A stretch of 64,000 nt of DNA, from sequence record SRR9188677_103; one strand, 5' to 3'. Of this stretch, positions 22,924 to 33,200 are shown in pieces. Each line of letters starts with the position of its first letter. Within the stretch, counting starts at the first letter, position 1. Made by a program: the position numbers and the translations under genes. The notes below the pieces were generated by a model. The model saw only the letters and a program-made list of their open reading frames with translations. It was not told where the DNA came from and did not search any database.

Positions 22924-24327
22924 ATGGCCAAAGCCTATAATCGTTATACAACCTTAAGATATATTATTGATGCACCCATCGTGTGCATTTCATATCTGGC
23001 AGCCATCCGTATGAGCAATAGTGACTCTACCACAAACGCCAGTGTGCGGATTTACCTCTTTGCATTGATCGCGCTGGCGGTATGGTATATTGCCTCTTCT
23101 TTTTCCCGTTTATATGCCGACAGGCGCTCTAACAAATATTCTGAAGAGATTGTATTCATTGTTTATACCATCATCCTTTTCACCATCCTTTTATCATCCG
23201 CTTCCTTCTTCCTGCGGAATACTTTTCAGTTCAATCCTAATTTTTTTACCTTTTTCCTTTCCCTGTTGTTTTTCCTGATGACACTGACCAAGTATGTTAT
23301 CAGAAAATACCTCCACTCAGCCATATACCAGGGAAAACTCTTCGATAATATCCTGATTGTGGGGTCAACCCCTTCGGCACTGGACTTTTACGAAACCATC
23401 AATAAATATTATTACTACGGTTATAAATGCATGGGCTTTCTGGACAATGACAATACCAAACTGAATGGTTGTACCTACCAGGGAAAGATCAACAACCTGC
23501 AAACCATCCTGAAGCTGCATCATATAGATGAAGTGGTGATAGCACTGCCCAATACCCAGAACGATGAGATACAGCAATGCATCGAACTCTGCGATTTCTA
23601 CAGAACCAAAGCAAGAATCATCCCCGATCTTTACCAGTATGCTTCATCTACTGTACAGGTAAATAATATCGGTTTGATGCCGGTAATCAGTATCCGCTCC
23701 CTTCCGCTGGATAAATCCGAGAATAAATTTCTCAAAAGAGCCTTCGACATCATTTTTTCAGCCCTGTTCTTCCTTTTGCTGGGGTGGTGGTTATTACCGC
23801 TGATCGCCTTCGCTATCAAATTCACTTCCCGCGGACCCATCATTTTTAAACAGGAAAGATGGGGGCTCAATAACCAGAAAATTATCTGCTATAAGTTCAG
23901 GAGCATGGTATCAGACAGTTCGGATATAGACCAGAACGGTTATTACCACCAGGCCAGCAAAGATGACCCCAGGGTAACCCGTTTAGGCGCTTTTCTCCGA
24001 AGAACCAATATGGATGAATTACCCCAGTTCTGGAATGTACTCCTGGGTAATATGTCTGTGGTGGGTCCCAGGCCCCATCCAACCCCCCTTAACCTGGAAT
24101 CCATGCATACGGTAGAAAATTATATGCTGCGCCATGTGGTAAAACCCGGCATTACCGGTTGGGCACAGGTAAATGGTTGCCGGGGCGAAACAAGGATACC
24201 CGGTTCTATGCAGCGAAGAGTTAATTTTGATCTGTATTACATCCATCGCTGGACATTCTGGCTGGATGGACAGATTATACTTCAAACGGCCATTAATGTT
24301 ATCAGGGGAGACCAGAATGCCTATTAA
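22924..24327 (+). CDS. Undecaprenyl-phosphate glucose phosphotransferase (WcaJ/WbaP type)
   Basis: N-terminal TMs, [53 protein letters not shown]. Confidence 0.92.
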   Translation: MAKAYNRYTTLRYIIDAPIVCISYLAAIRMSNSDSTTNASVRIYLFALIALAVWYIASSFSRLYADRRSNKYSEEIVFIVYTIILFTILLSSASFFLRNTFQFNPNFFTFFLSLLFFLMTLTKYVIRKYLHSAIYQGKLFDNILIVGSTPSALDFYETINKYYYYGYKCMGFLDNDNTKLNGCTYQGKINNLQTILKLHHIDEVVIALPNTQNDEIQQCIELCDFYRTKARIIPDLYQYASSTVQVNNIGLMPVISIRSLPLDKSENKFLKRAFDIIFSALFFLLLGWWLLPLIAFAIKFTSRGPIIFKQERWGLNNQKIICYKFRSMVSDSSDIDQNGYYHQASKDDPRVTRLGAFLRRTNMDELPQFWNVLLGNMSVVGPRPHPTPLNLESMHTVENYMLRHVVKPGITGWAQVNGCRGETRIPGSMQRRVNFDLYYIHRWTFWLDGQIILQTAINVIRGDQNAY

Positions 24328-25978
24328 GCCTTTACGCAAACTGTTTGTTGCAGCAGCATGTATATTCTGTTACTGTATGGTACACCAAACGGCACAGGCA
24401 CAGGTAGTTTGGGAAGACCATACCAGAGAAGTGTATGGTTTCCTTTCCCGCTTTGCACAGAAGGGATTGATCCGCTTTGATGACAATATCCGGCCACTCA
24501 GCCGTAAATACCTGGCAAACTGTCTGGATTCCCTCCACCTGAAAAAAGAACAACTCAGCGCAGTTGAAAAAGCGGAACTGGCTTTTCACAGCAGGGAATA
24601 TGGTAACGAAATGACCACCCTCAGTACCGCTACCGAGAAAGTCCGTTTTTTCAAATCCGATCCTTATAAAAGATGGCGCAGTTTTTCTGCAACAGGTAAC
24701 CAGTTGCTTTTACAGGCAGATCCGGTTTTTACGGCAGCTACCATCAATGGCTCGGGCAGGGCTGAAACCAGATCCAGTTCCGGACTCAGCTTTTGGGGTT
24801 ATGCCGGCAAACATTGGGGGTTTCATTTTTACTATAATGATATCACCGAAGCCGGAAAAGGCTTTGACTCTACCCGTCAGAACACGCCCGAAACCGGGAT
24901 CATCCGCAAAGACACTTCTCTGTACAAAAGCCAGAACTTTTCCCGCTTCCGCGGAAGTATTTCTTATAGCTGGAAAAACGGTTCGGTAAGTTTTGGACAG
25001 GATCACCTGCTGTGGGGATATGGAGAGAACGGTAAAATCGTACTTTCTGATAAAGCTCCCGCTTTCCCTTTCATCCGTTTGGATTACCAACCTTTTACCT
25101 GGCTGCGTTTTAACTACACCCATACCTGGCTGAATTCTGCGATCATTGATTCGGGCAGAACCTATCCCACCGGAAATCCTGTGTATGGCGGACAGCGTGA
25201 ATTGTTTATTCCCAAATACATGGCCACACACAGTGTACAGATCCAGGCAATGAAAGGTTTGGCACTCTCTGTGGGAGAATCAATCGTGTACAGCGACCGG
25301 ATGGAGATAGGCTATCTTTTCCCGCTGATGTTTTTTAAAGTGTACGACAATATTGCCAACAACAGTAATATCAGGGCAGGTTCTAACGGACAGTTGTTTC
25401 TGCAGCTCAGTTCACGAAACCAGTTACGCAAAACACATCTGTACAGTACCCTTTTCATTGACGAAATCAGGGTGGGTACCCTATTCGACCGGAACAAAAG
25501 CCGCAACCAACTGGGTTATACACTAGGTGCTACAGTTACAGATGTACTGCTGCCCTATCTCACCCTGGGTATTGAATACACAAGAGTGAATCCATTTGTA
25601 TACCGTAACCTGCAGCCAGCACAGAATTACAGCAGTTACAACTATTCACTGGGCGACTGGATGGGTAATAATTTTGACAGGTTAACCTATACACTCAGGT
25701 ATACTCCTTTTCCCAGGTTTAAATGCCTGCTTAGCTACCAAACCAGCCGCAAGGGCGGGGCGGGAACCCTGGCACAGCAATATTTTCAACAACCCCAACC
25801 GGGATTTTTATTTGACCTGCAGAACAAACAACAGGCATTCAGGGCCAGTGTTGCGTATGAACTGATCAATAACCTGCGCCTGGATGCCTGGTTCAGTTCA
25901 TTGAATACAGAAGACAGGACTATCCTGAAAACCGTAAAAACGGACCAGTTTGGTCTGGGTTTCAGTTTTGGATTATAA
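24317..25978 (+). CDS. Outer-membrane beta-barrel, capsule assembly Wzi-like
   Basis: Signal peptide from MPIKP (ATG 24317); GQDHLLWGYG...VLSDKAP motif; C-terminal beta-signal FGLGFSFGL. Confidence 0.65.
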   Translation: MPIKPLRKLFVAAACIFCYCMVHQTAQAQVVWEDHTREVYGFLSRFAQKGLIRFDDNIRPLSRKYLANCLDSLHLKKEQLSAVEKAELAFHSREYGNEMTTLSTATEKVRFFKSDPYKRWRSFSATGNQLLLQADPVFTAATINGSGRAETRSSSGLSFWGYAGKHWGFHFYYNDITEAGKGFDSTRQNTPETGIIRKDTSLYKSQNFSRFRGSISYSWKNGSVSFGQDHLLWGYGENGKIVLSDKAPAFPFIRLDYQPFTWLRFNYTHTWLNSAIIDSGRTYPTGNPVYGGQRELFIPKYMATHSVQIQAMKGLALSVGESIVYSDRMEIGYLFPLMFFKVYDNIANNSNIRAGSNGQLFLQLSSRNQLRKTHLYSTLFIDEIRVGTLFDRNKSRNQLGYTLGATVTDVLLPYLTLGIEYTRVNPFVYRNLQPAQNYSSYNYSLGDWMGNNFDRLTYTLRYTPFPRFKCLLSYQTSRKGGAGTLAQQYFQQPQPGFLFDLQNKQQAFRASVAYELINNLRLDAWFSSLNTEDRTILKTVKTDQFGLGFSFGL

Positions 25979-26056
25979 TCCGGTTTTATTTTACTTATTG
26001 CAGAATAAACCCCTGATAATGCGGTTGCATACAGGTTTTTTATATATCTCATAGAT

Positions 26057-26079
26057 GGCAAATATTTTCGATATTTGCC
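26057..26079. promoter_or_regulatory. 9-bp inverted repeat GGCAAATAT-N5-ATATTTGCC just upstream of the wza-like gene
   Basis: Perfect arms; ends 16 nt before ATG 26096. Confidence 0.4.
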
Positions 26080-26095
26080 GGAACCATTGAACCCG

Positions 26096-28423
26096 ATGAA
26101 ATTGACCCTGTTAAGAAATACCATCTATTGCCTGTGTAGCCTGGCTTTTTGTCTGGCAATGAAAGAAACAGCGGCCCAGAGTGGGTCGGCACCTGCTTTG
26201 TCTTCGATCAAAACATCCCAGTTATCCGACCAGCAGATCATGATGTTGTGGCAACAGGCCCAGCAAACTGGTATGTCGGAGAACGATGCCATGAATGCCC
26301 TGATGAAAAGAGGTCTGGACCCATCAGAAATCACCGGTTTCCGCAAACGGATTTCACAGATTCAGAACGGTGGCGCCAAAACCGGAAAAGCAACCAGTTC
26401 TATTCCAAAAGACACGGTGATCTATATACGCGACAGCAGCTGGATCAAAGAAACGCCGCTGGCAAGAAAAAAACTGGATGTGTATGGGTTTGATTTTTTC
26501 AATAATCCCAACATGTCTTTTCAACCCAATATCCGGGTTACTACCCCTAAAAATTATGTGTTAGGTGCCGATGATGAACTGAGCATTTCAGTAACGGGTA
26601 TTAACGAAGCCACTTTTGATGTACGCATCAATCCGGAGGGCATCATTCAGATGCCTTATATCGGCAGAACCAGTCTGCAGGGCCTCACCATTGAGCAGGC
26701 TACCGAAAGATTACGCAGCCAGTTATCTGCCAAAGTGTACCCGGCCCTCAAAACGGGTGCTTCCAAACTATTTCTTACCCTAACCAAGGTAAGAAGCATC
26801 CGCATTACATTGGTAGGCGAGGCGCAAAAACCCGGCACTTATGTGGTTTCGCCGCTGGCCAGTTTCTTCAATGTATTGTATGCCTGCAATGGCCCATCGC
26901 CCCTGGCTTCTCTGAGAAAAATTGAACTGATCAGAAACAACAAAATAATTGAAACCATTGATTTCTACAGTTTCCTGCAAAATGGAACGATGGATAAAAA
27001 CATCCGTCTCGAAGACCAGGATGTGATCCGTTTTCCGCTGTACCAGAAAAGGGTACACCTGAATGGCGAAGTGAAAAGAGCGGCTACCTACGAACTGCTG
27101 GACAAAGAGACCATTACCGACCTGTTACGATACAGTGGTGGTTTCTCTGATTATGCGTTGAAAGATGTGGCAAAAATTGAGCAGACCAATGAAAGAGAAA
27201 GGCAGGTACGCGATATCCTGGCCATGGATTTTGGCAATTTTATCCTGAAGAATGCAGACTCAGTTTATTTTAACCGGATTGCAGAAAGGTTTACCAACCG
27301 CGTCATCATAACAGGTGCCATTAACCGGCCGGGTAATTACGAACTTACCCGCCAGATGAGCCTGTCGCAACTGATCAAAAAAGCAGATGGCCTTACGGAA
27401 GGCGCATTCCCCAACAGGGGTTATATCAAACGATTGAATAAGCAGGCCGAGCGCGAATTACTCTCTTTCAATACACGTGATATTATATCCGGTACCGAAA
27501 AAGACATACTGCTGGAAAAAGAAGACTCCGTCATGATTTTTGCCAAATCCGGTTTAGAAGATGTGCCTACCATAACCATTGGCGGCGATGTACGCAATCC
27601 GGTAACCATTCAATTCCGAGAAGGCCTTTCTGTAGAAGATGCCATTGCCATGGCTGGCGGTTTTACCATTGACGCGGCCAATCACAAAGTGGAGATTTCA
27701 CGTTTGGAAAAAAATACCGCAGATACACTGGCCAATAAACTGATCGATGTGCTGAGAGTGGATGTAAATGCCAACCTCGAAAACGGAAAAAACAAAACAC
27801 TGCTGCAACCACTGGATTATGTGTTTGTTCCCAAATTGCTGAATTACCGCAGTCTGGGTAATGTAAAAATCAGGGGCGAAGTGTTGTATGATGGCGATTA
27901 TGCACTGGAGAGAAGAAACGAAACCGTACAGGAACTGATCCGCCGTGCAGGTGGCATTTCACCGCTGGCATCGATGAGTGATGTGCAGGTGTACAGAAAC
28001 GGTTTGCGCGTAGGCACTACCCTATTGGCCAATGAAGAGAATACGCAGGACAAATTCCTGTTATTACCCGACGACAGTATCTATGTTCCCAAAAAAGAAC
28101 CCTTTGTAGAAGTAAAAGGAGAAGTATTTAATCCGCAGATCCTGAGTTATGAATCATCCAGGTTTAAATCGTATATCTCTGATGCAGGTGGCACTACCGA
28201 TAAAGGCAATTTGAAGAAAGCTTACATACAATACAGCAATGGCATCAACCGGAAAATCCATCATTTTCTTTTCTTCAGAATTTATCCGAAAGTGTTACCG
28301 GGCAGTAAGATCATAGTGCCTGAGAAAAGTGAAGGTGTAAGAAGAGGTATCTCTTTTCTCGAGATCGCATCATTAACAGGTTCCTTATCTGCGCTGGTAG
28401 GTCTGATCAGCGTATTAAAATAA
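26096..28423 (+). CDS. Polysaccharide export protein (Wza/KpsD-like, multiple SLBB domains)
   Basis: TPKNYVLGADDEL poly_export motif, repeated G(E/A)V..PG.Y SLBB units, PGSKIIVP tail. Confidence 0.9.
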   Translation: MKLTLLRNTIYCLCSLAFCLAMKETAAQSGSAPALSSIKTSQLSDQQIMMLWQQAQQTGMSENDAMNALMKRGLDPSEITGFRKRISQIQNGGAKTGKATSSIPKDTVIYIRDSSWIKETPLARKKLDVYGFDFFNNPNMSFQPNIRVTTPKNYVLGADDELSISVTGINEATFDVRINPEGIIQMPYIGRTSLQGLTIEQATERLRSQLSAKVYPALKTGASKLFLTLTKVRSIRITLVGEAQKPGTYVVSPLASFFNVLYACNGPSPLASLRKIELIRNNKIIETIDFYSFLQNGTMDKNIRLEDQDVIRFPLYQKRVHLNGEVKRAATYELLDKETITDLLRYSGGFSDYALKDVAKIEQTNERERQVRDILAMDFGNFILKNADSVYFNRIAERFTNRVIITGAINRPGNYELTRQMSLSQLIKKADGLTEGAFPNRGYIKRLNKQAERELLSFNTRDIISGTEKDILLEKEDSVMIFAKSGLEDVPTITIGGDVRNPVTIQFREGLSVEDAIAMAGGFTIDAANHKVEISRLEKNTADTLANKLIDVLRVDVNANLENGKNKTLLQPLDYVFVPKLLNYRSLGNVKIRGEVLYDGDYALERRNETVQELIRRAGGISPLASMSDVQVYRNGLRVGTTLLANEENTQDKFLLLPDDSIYVPKKEPFVEVKGEVFNPQILSYESSRFKSYISDAGGTTDKGNLKKAYIQYSNGINRKIHHFLFFRIYPKVLPGSKIIVPEKSEGVRRGISFLEIASLTGSLSALVGLISVLK

Positions 28424-28442
28424 TCAAACTCCTGGGCACTTT

Positions 28443-29525
28443 ATGCAAGAGAAACAAACAGATTCGCATACAGAAGAAGAATTCTATTTCAGAGCACTCT
28501 TTAGCCGATGGGTAAATGCGTTACGGTATACGTTGGGCTTCTGGAAAACACTTTTACTAGCGGGTTTGCTGGGGGTGATCGGTGGTATTATTACTTCGCT
28601 GCTGACTCCTGTTACGTATACAGCCCGGCTTTCGTTTGTGGTGGAAGATAGCAAACAGGGGGGCGGATCACTGGTATCGGCACTGGCCGGACAAATCGGA
28701 CTGGATATGGGCAGTCTCGGCAGTACCAGCGGCATGCTGGCCGGAGATAATGTACTTGAGTTGCTGAAAAGCCGTTCGCTGGTAAAAAAGACCTTATTAA
28801 CACCTTATACTGATTCCGCTTCCACCTACTCGCTGGCCGACCGTTTTGCAGAAGCTTATGAATGGAAAGAGAAATGGAAAAAGAGCCCCAAAGTTGGCAA
28901 AGACATCAGCTTCGCGCTTAACAAAAAAGAATTTACAAGGCTGGAGGACAGCTTGCTGCAACGCATTATCAAAAAAGTAACCGAAGACCAGTTATCCATT
29001 GCCAAACCAGATAAAAAACTGAATTTTTTTGAACTTACCTATGTAAACCGTGATGAAAAATTAAGTCAGCTGTTCTGCGAAAGACTACTAAAAACCAGTG
29101 CCGATTTTTATATAGAAACAAAAACGCGCAGGCTCCGTGGTAATATTGCGCGTTTACAAAGGAATCTGGATAGTCTGGGAGCTGTGCTGGATCAAAAAAC
29201 CTATTCTGCCGCACAGGCTTCTGAGGGCCTCATCGACATCAATCCGGCCTATACTACCCAAGCGGTATCGGCTGAAATTTCATCCCGCAATAAGTTTATA
29301 CAGGGAACTATTTATGGAGAGTTGGTAAAACAACTGGAGGTAAGTAAAACTTCACTCATACAGGAAACGCCCACCGTTCAAACGGTAGATTATCCGGAAA
29401 TGCCTTTAAAAAGGAACAGGCTAAGGTGGTATGTAGGTGCCATTGCAGGTGGTTTTATCGCCTTATTTGTAACAGGCATCCTAATACTTTTTACCTGGAA
29501 AGAGGAAGAGTATGCAACTGCATAA
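28443..29525 (+). CDS. Polysaccharide co-polymerase / chain-length determinant (Wzz-like)
   Basis: Two terminal TMs, PVTYTA, ELLKSR, coiled coil, QETPTVQTVDYPEMP; no kinase domain. Confidence 0.8.
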   Translation: MQEKQTDSHTEEEFYFRALFSRWVNALRYTLGFWKTLLLAGLLGVIGGIITSLLTPVTYTARLSFVVEDSKQGGGSLVSALAGQIGLDMGSLGSTSGMLAGDNVLELLKSRSLVKKTLLTPYTDSASTYSLADRFAEAYEWKEKWKKSPKVGKDISFALNKKEFTRLEDSLLQRIIKKVTEDQLSIAKPDKKLNFFELTYVNRDEKLSQLFCERLLKTSADFYIETKTRRLRGNIARLQRNLDSLGAVLDQKTYSAAQASEGLIDINPAYTTQAVSAEISSRNKFIQGTIYGELVKQLEVSKTSLIQETPTVQTVDYPEMPLKRNRLRWYVGAIAGGFIALFVTGILILFTWKEEEYATA

Positions 29526-29615
29526 AGGGATGCGCTGATTTCATTTATTCAGTCTATAAGCTCTCCTCTTATCCTTATCTGCATCTTCCTGTTGCCATCT
29601 TCCAAACAGGATCGG

Positions 29616-31283
29616 TTATAACCTGTAAGAGAAGGACACTTTCGCCTGAAAGTTTAACACATCATATCCATTCCTGAAATAATTGGTAGGGGAAGTGAGT
29701 GGTAAATAATCAAAATACCACCATTGATAATTCAGCGAACGGGTAAGGCTCATCTGTGCAGAGAGGAGGAACCGACGATATAACCAATCGGCAGAAACCG
29801 CAGTAGAAATATCTACCCAGTGCCTGCGGAAATCTTTGGATTCTGCAAATGCATTATTATAAAAGTCCTCATTTCGAACGATCCGCTCAAAACCAAGTGC
29901 TACTTTTCTGATGCCTTTTACCCAGGCTATTCCTACCATCTGGCTATTGCTGCCTGGTCCGATTCCTGCACCTAATACCTGTCCATGGTGTGTGTACCCC
30001 TGCCTTACATGATCATTCAGATACCAGCTTTGTGCGTTCTGAATCAATCCTTTAACTGCCGGCAACTGCATTTGTGTTACTTCTGAGGAAAACTCGATAA
30101 AAGAGCTGTTTCTGGCTGGAAACAACTTTCTGAATCCGGCTATATAGGCACGCGGGTAAGAATTGTCACCAATAATATTGATCAGGTTCGGAGACTTATC
30201 ATTACGGCCAAATTCAATATAAAATTCTGCTCTTTCTTCCGGCATTACATATCTCGCAAACAAAGAACCCAGAGAGGCTTTTTTTCCCTGCTGCTGACTA
30301 TTCGAGCGGAAAATGCCTTCCAATGGAAGTATATCAGCCATCCCTGAAATGTCTGAATTGTATAAATAGGAAGCTTTTGCAAAGCCGATATGCAAGCCTT
30401 TGATCCATTTGGGCTGCCAGCTTACGACCATACCAGTGAGATAACGTCCCGTTTCATTTTTAGGTTGGTACAAGTAAGCGCCGGCATTGGCATAAACCCG
30501 GTTGGTTTCCGGAGGCAGGATCCCGGAATTACTTAACTGCCCGGCCACCAACTGCCATTCAAAACTACCCACTCTGGTTTGCAAAGGGGCAGTTGAATTA
30601 AAGGTGAAATGAAAAAAGCCGGGTGCGTTGTTACTCATAATAAGCGCATTCCGTGTGCCTGGGCCCCACCAAATATTTTCTGTTGAAAGACCAAGGGAAA
30701 ATCCATTGGTATTATAGCGTATACTGGATTGTCCGCCGAATATTTTCTGGTAAGCGGTTTTACCAAACCGTTCTGGAATATCAGATTTATTCAGCCATTG
30801 GTAATAACGGCTCCAGGTAGTATCATAGTTCTGTGTAAAGAAAGTTTCGAAAGGATTGTTTTGTGAAACGACCAGTTCGGGCTGAAGGGTTACGATCCAT
30901 TTCCGGTAGCGAAGCTGAATACCACCCGAAATTTTGGCAGATACGCCTCTGGCAGGGATTAACGAGCCATCATTGCCCCCAAAAGGATGATGGGTATTAT
31001 AAACCTGTTGCATACCGAATGGCATAACTGCCAGCAAGATTTTCGTGTTGGGGTTAGTCCGGATTCCGGATTGCCAGCCGTTGATAGTATCTGCTATAGC
31101 CAATTCTTTCAGGTAAGACCGTACCATAAAACTGTTATTGGTACCATCTTTCCCAAGTAACTGGCTCCTTCTGGCAAATTCGTAGATTCCGCCCCCGGAC
31201 AAAAAACCAGTTTGAGCATTAGTGTCTGAGAAAAACACCAACATAAGCATCAACCCTATTACTCTAGATAAACTCCCGACCAT
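29616..31283 (-). CDS. Capsule assembly Wzi family outer-membrane protein
   Basis: GQSSIR, STENIWWGPGTRNALIMSNNAPGF, GYTHHGQVLGAGIGPGSNSQ; aromatic beta-signal at C-terminus. Confidence 0.75.
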   Translation of the reverse strand: MVGSLSRVIGLMLMLVFFSDTNAQTGFLSGGGIYEFARRSQLLGKDGTNNSFMVRSYLKELAIADTINGWQSGIRTNPNTKILLAVMPFGMQQVYNTHHPFGGNDGSLIPARGVSAKISGGIQLRYRKWIVTLQPELVVSQNNPFETFFTQNYDTTWSRYYQWLNKSDIPERFGKTAYQKIFGGQSSIRYNTNGFSLGLSTENIWWGPGTRNALIMSNNAPGFFHFTFNSTAPLQTRVGSFEWQLVAGQLSNSGILPPETNRVYANAGAYLYQPKNETGRYLTGMVVSWQPKWIKGLHIGFAKASYLYNSDISGMADILPLEGIFRSNSQQQGKKASLGSLFARYVMPEERAEFYIEFGRNDKSPNLINIIGDNSYPRAYIAGFRKLFPARNSSFIEFSSEVTQMQLPAVKGLIQNAQSWYLNDHVRQGYTHHGQVLGAGIGPGSNSQMVGIAWVKGIRKVALGFERIVRNEDFYNNAFAESKDFRRHWVDISTAVSADWLYRRFLLSAQMSLTRSLNYQWWYFDYLPLTSPTNYFRNGYDVLNFQAKVSFSYRL

Positions 31284-31309
31284 TATATTTCTTTTGATAA
31301 AAGATGATA

Positions 31310-32908
31310 CTATAACAAATATTGAATACTCAGCCTGCTATGCAGATTGAACCGTTTACTGTCTTTATCCCATGCATAATTCTTACTGTTAATGAACTGC
31401 ATTTTTCCGGTTAGTACCATGTTCTTAATTCTGTATTGCGGCAGTAATCCAATACTGATGTCTATCCATTTTTCGTCATGGTACAGAGGGTCTCGTTCTA
31501 CTCTTTCAATCATGAGCCCTAAACGGCTCCAACCCTTTACCCAGGAAGCCTGCAGAGTTTGCACATTACTGCCGAAGCCGGCACCGGCTCCCAAGATCTG
31601 GTTATTGTGTGTATAACCCTGTGATATCTGTCCATGCACATACCAATTACCGGCCTCCCTTATCAGATAGTCGGGAGACTGGGTCATCTGAGTTGTTTCC
31701 AAACCCAGGTCCAGGTAAGTATCATTGGTTAAAGAAAGTATTTTTTTTACCCCGAAAAGATAGGCTCTGGAATGTGATGGAGTCATGACATAATCACGGA
31801 CATTCACACCGTAATCATTGAATCCGTATTCAACATATAGTTCTGTTTTCGCTTTTGGCAACATCCACCGTAGAAAAAAAGATGCCAACTGGTCTGTCCG
31901 TAAAGCATCATCATCTAAAGCATTCTTTTTCTGGAATGGTTTGAGAAGAATAGGCAGGTATTTGTTAAAAGCTGATCTACCCGACAATGAAAGGTCTTCT
32001 GTATACTGTTGTATGGCCCTTGTCATACCCATAAATAACCCGCTTACCCATTTGGGCTGGTAACTAATGACAAATGCATTCAGATACCTGCTGCTATTCA
32101 GAAGAGAAGCCTGTTTCAGATGATAATTTTCATAGGCATAACGATCATCAGAATTTAGCTGCCCGCCGATCAATTGCCACTCAAGTGTGCCGATCCCGAT
32201 ATTTACCGGAGCTTTGCTGCTGATGAATCCATGCAGGAAGCCCTGGGCATTGTTACTCATCAACAGGGAACTATGTCTGCCTGGTCCCCACCAGAGATTT
32301 TGGGTAGAAACTCCGGCTGAAAATTTGCCAACCGATAACCGGATACTTGACTGGCCCGCAAGCAGCCGATTAGATTGAATACCAGTATTCGCGCCGTAAC
32401 TGATGTTTGTTTCGTAGGGGCTGTTAGCAGCAAAATGCCATTCAGGCTGCAATTGCATTTCAAGCGGACCAAGGGCAAGATAAGCACCCACAGAAACAAG
32501 CGACTGGTAGCCTTTTGCAGCAATCATGGCACCATCGTTCCAACCATAGGGATGATGGGAATTGTATTGTTGCACGATATTGACAGGAAGAAAACCCAGC
32601 TTTCCTTTGTTACCTGCAAAGGAAAGATTTTGCTGGTACTGATGGGAAGCTGTCTGGCTCTGAAAACTGTATAGCTGATCCCATGAACGTTGATCAGCTG
32701 CGGTTAAGGGCCTCACGGCAAAAGAGAGTGAGGAATCAATTTTTCCCATCAACTGCATGGTTCTGAAAATCTCATCGGCAGCAGAACCCACAGCAACTAA
32801 CTGACCCAGCGAGAGAAAAGGAAAAAAAAGACAGGTAATAACAGCGAGTGAAAACCTGTCAGTAAAGAATCGGAATAAGCTGCTAGTCAAGAATATAGTT
32901 TTAAACAT
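31310..32908 (-). CDS. Capsule assembly Wzi family outer-membrane protein (paralog of 29616-31283)
   Basis: GQSSIR, STQNLWWGPGRHSSLLMSNNAQGF, GYTHNNQILGAGAGFGSN. Confidence 0.75.
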   Translation of the reverse strand: MFKTIFLTSSLFRFFTDRFSLAVITCLFFPFLSLGQLVAVGSAADEIFRTMQLMGKIDSSLSFAVRPLTAADQRSWDQLYSFQSQTASHQYQQNLSFAGNKGKLGFLPVNIVQQYNSHHPYGWNDGAMIAAKGYQSLVSVGAYLALGPLEMQLQPEWHFAANSPYETNISYGANTGIQSNRLLAGQSSIRLSVGKFSAGVSTQNLWWGPGRHSSLLMSNNAQGFLHGFISSKAPVNIGIGTLEWQLIGGQLNSDDRYAYENYHLKQASLLNSSRYLNAFVISYQPKWVSGLFMGMTRAIQQYTEDLSLSGRSAFNKYLPILLKPFQKKNALDDDALRTDQLASFFLRWMLPKAKTELYVEYGFNDYGVNVRDYVMTPSHSRAYLFGVKKILSLTNDTYLDLGLETTQMTQSPDYLIREAGNWYVHGQISQGYTHNNQILGAGAGFGSNVQTLQASWVKGWSRLGLMIERVERDPLYHDEKWIDISIGLLPQYRIKNMVLTGKMQFINSKNYAWDKDSKRFNLHSRLSIQYLL

Positions 32909-33126
32909 CTAAAATAAACTATTATTTAAGAACCTGAGATGAAAGAACCAGACCCACACCAGGTGAAAAAGCACTGTTCCGGAAAATAATTACTGATAGG
33001 CCCGCCGGGTTAACAATATCCAATGTTTAAACAACTAAAGAAACCTTTAAATATACAGGGTAGACATCGTAATGAACTGATTTCCAAAGAATGTGCAATA
33101 AATTTCGATTCTTTCACATTTTTTTA

Positions 33127-33134
33127 TACTTTTG
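33127..33134 (+). promoter_or_regulatory. -7 promoter element (TACTTTTG)
   Basis: TAnnTTTG match 66 nt upstream of ATG 33201. Confidence 0.5.
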
Positions 33135-33200
33135 ACAGTACATCGTTTACCCCCAAAAAATTGATGTTTAAGAAGACAAATAAATATAACCGTAATATTT

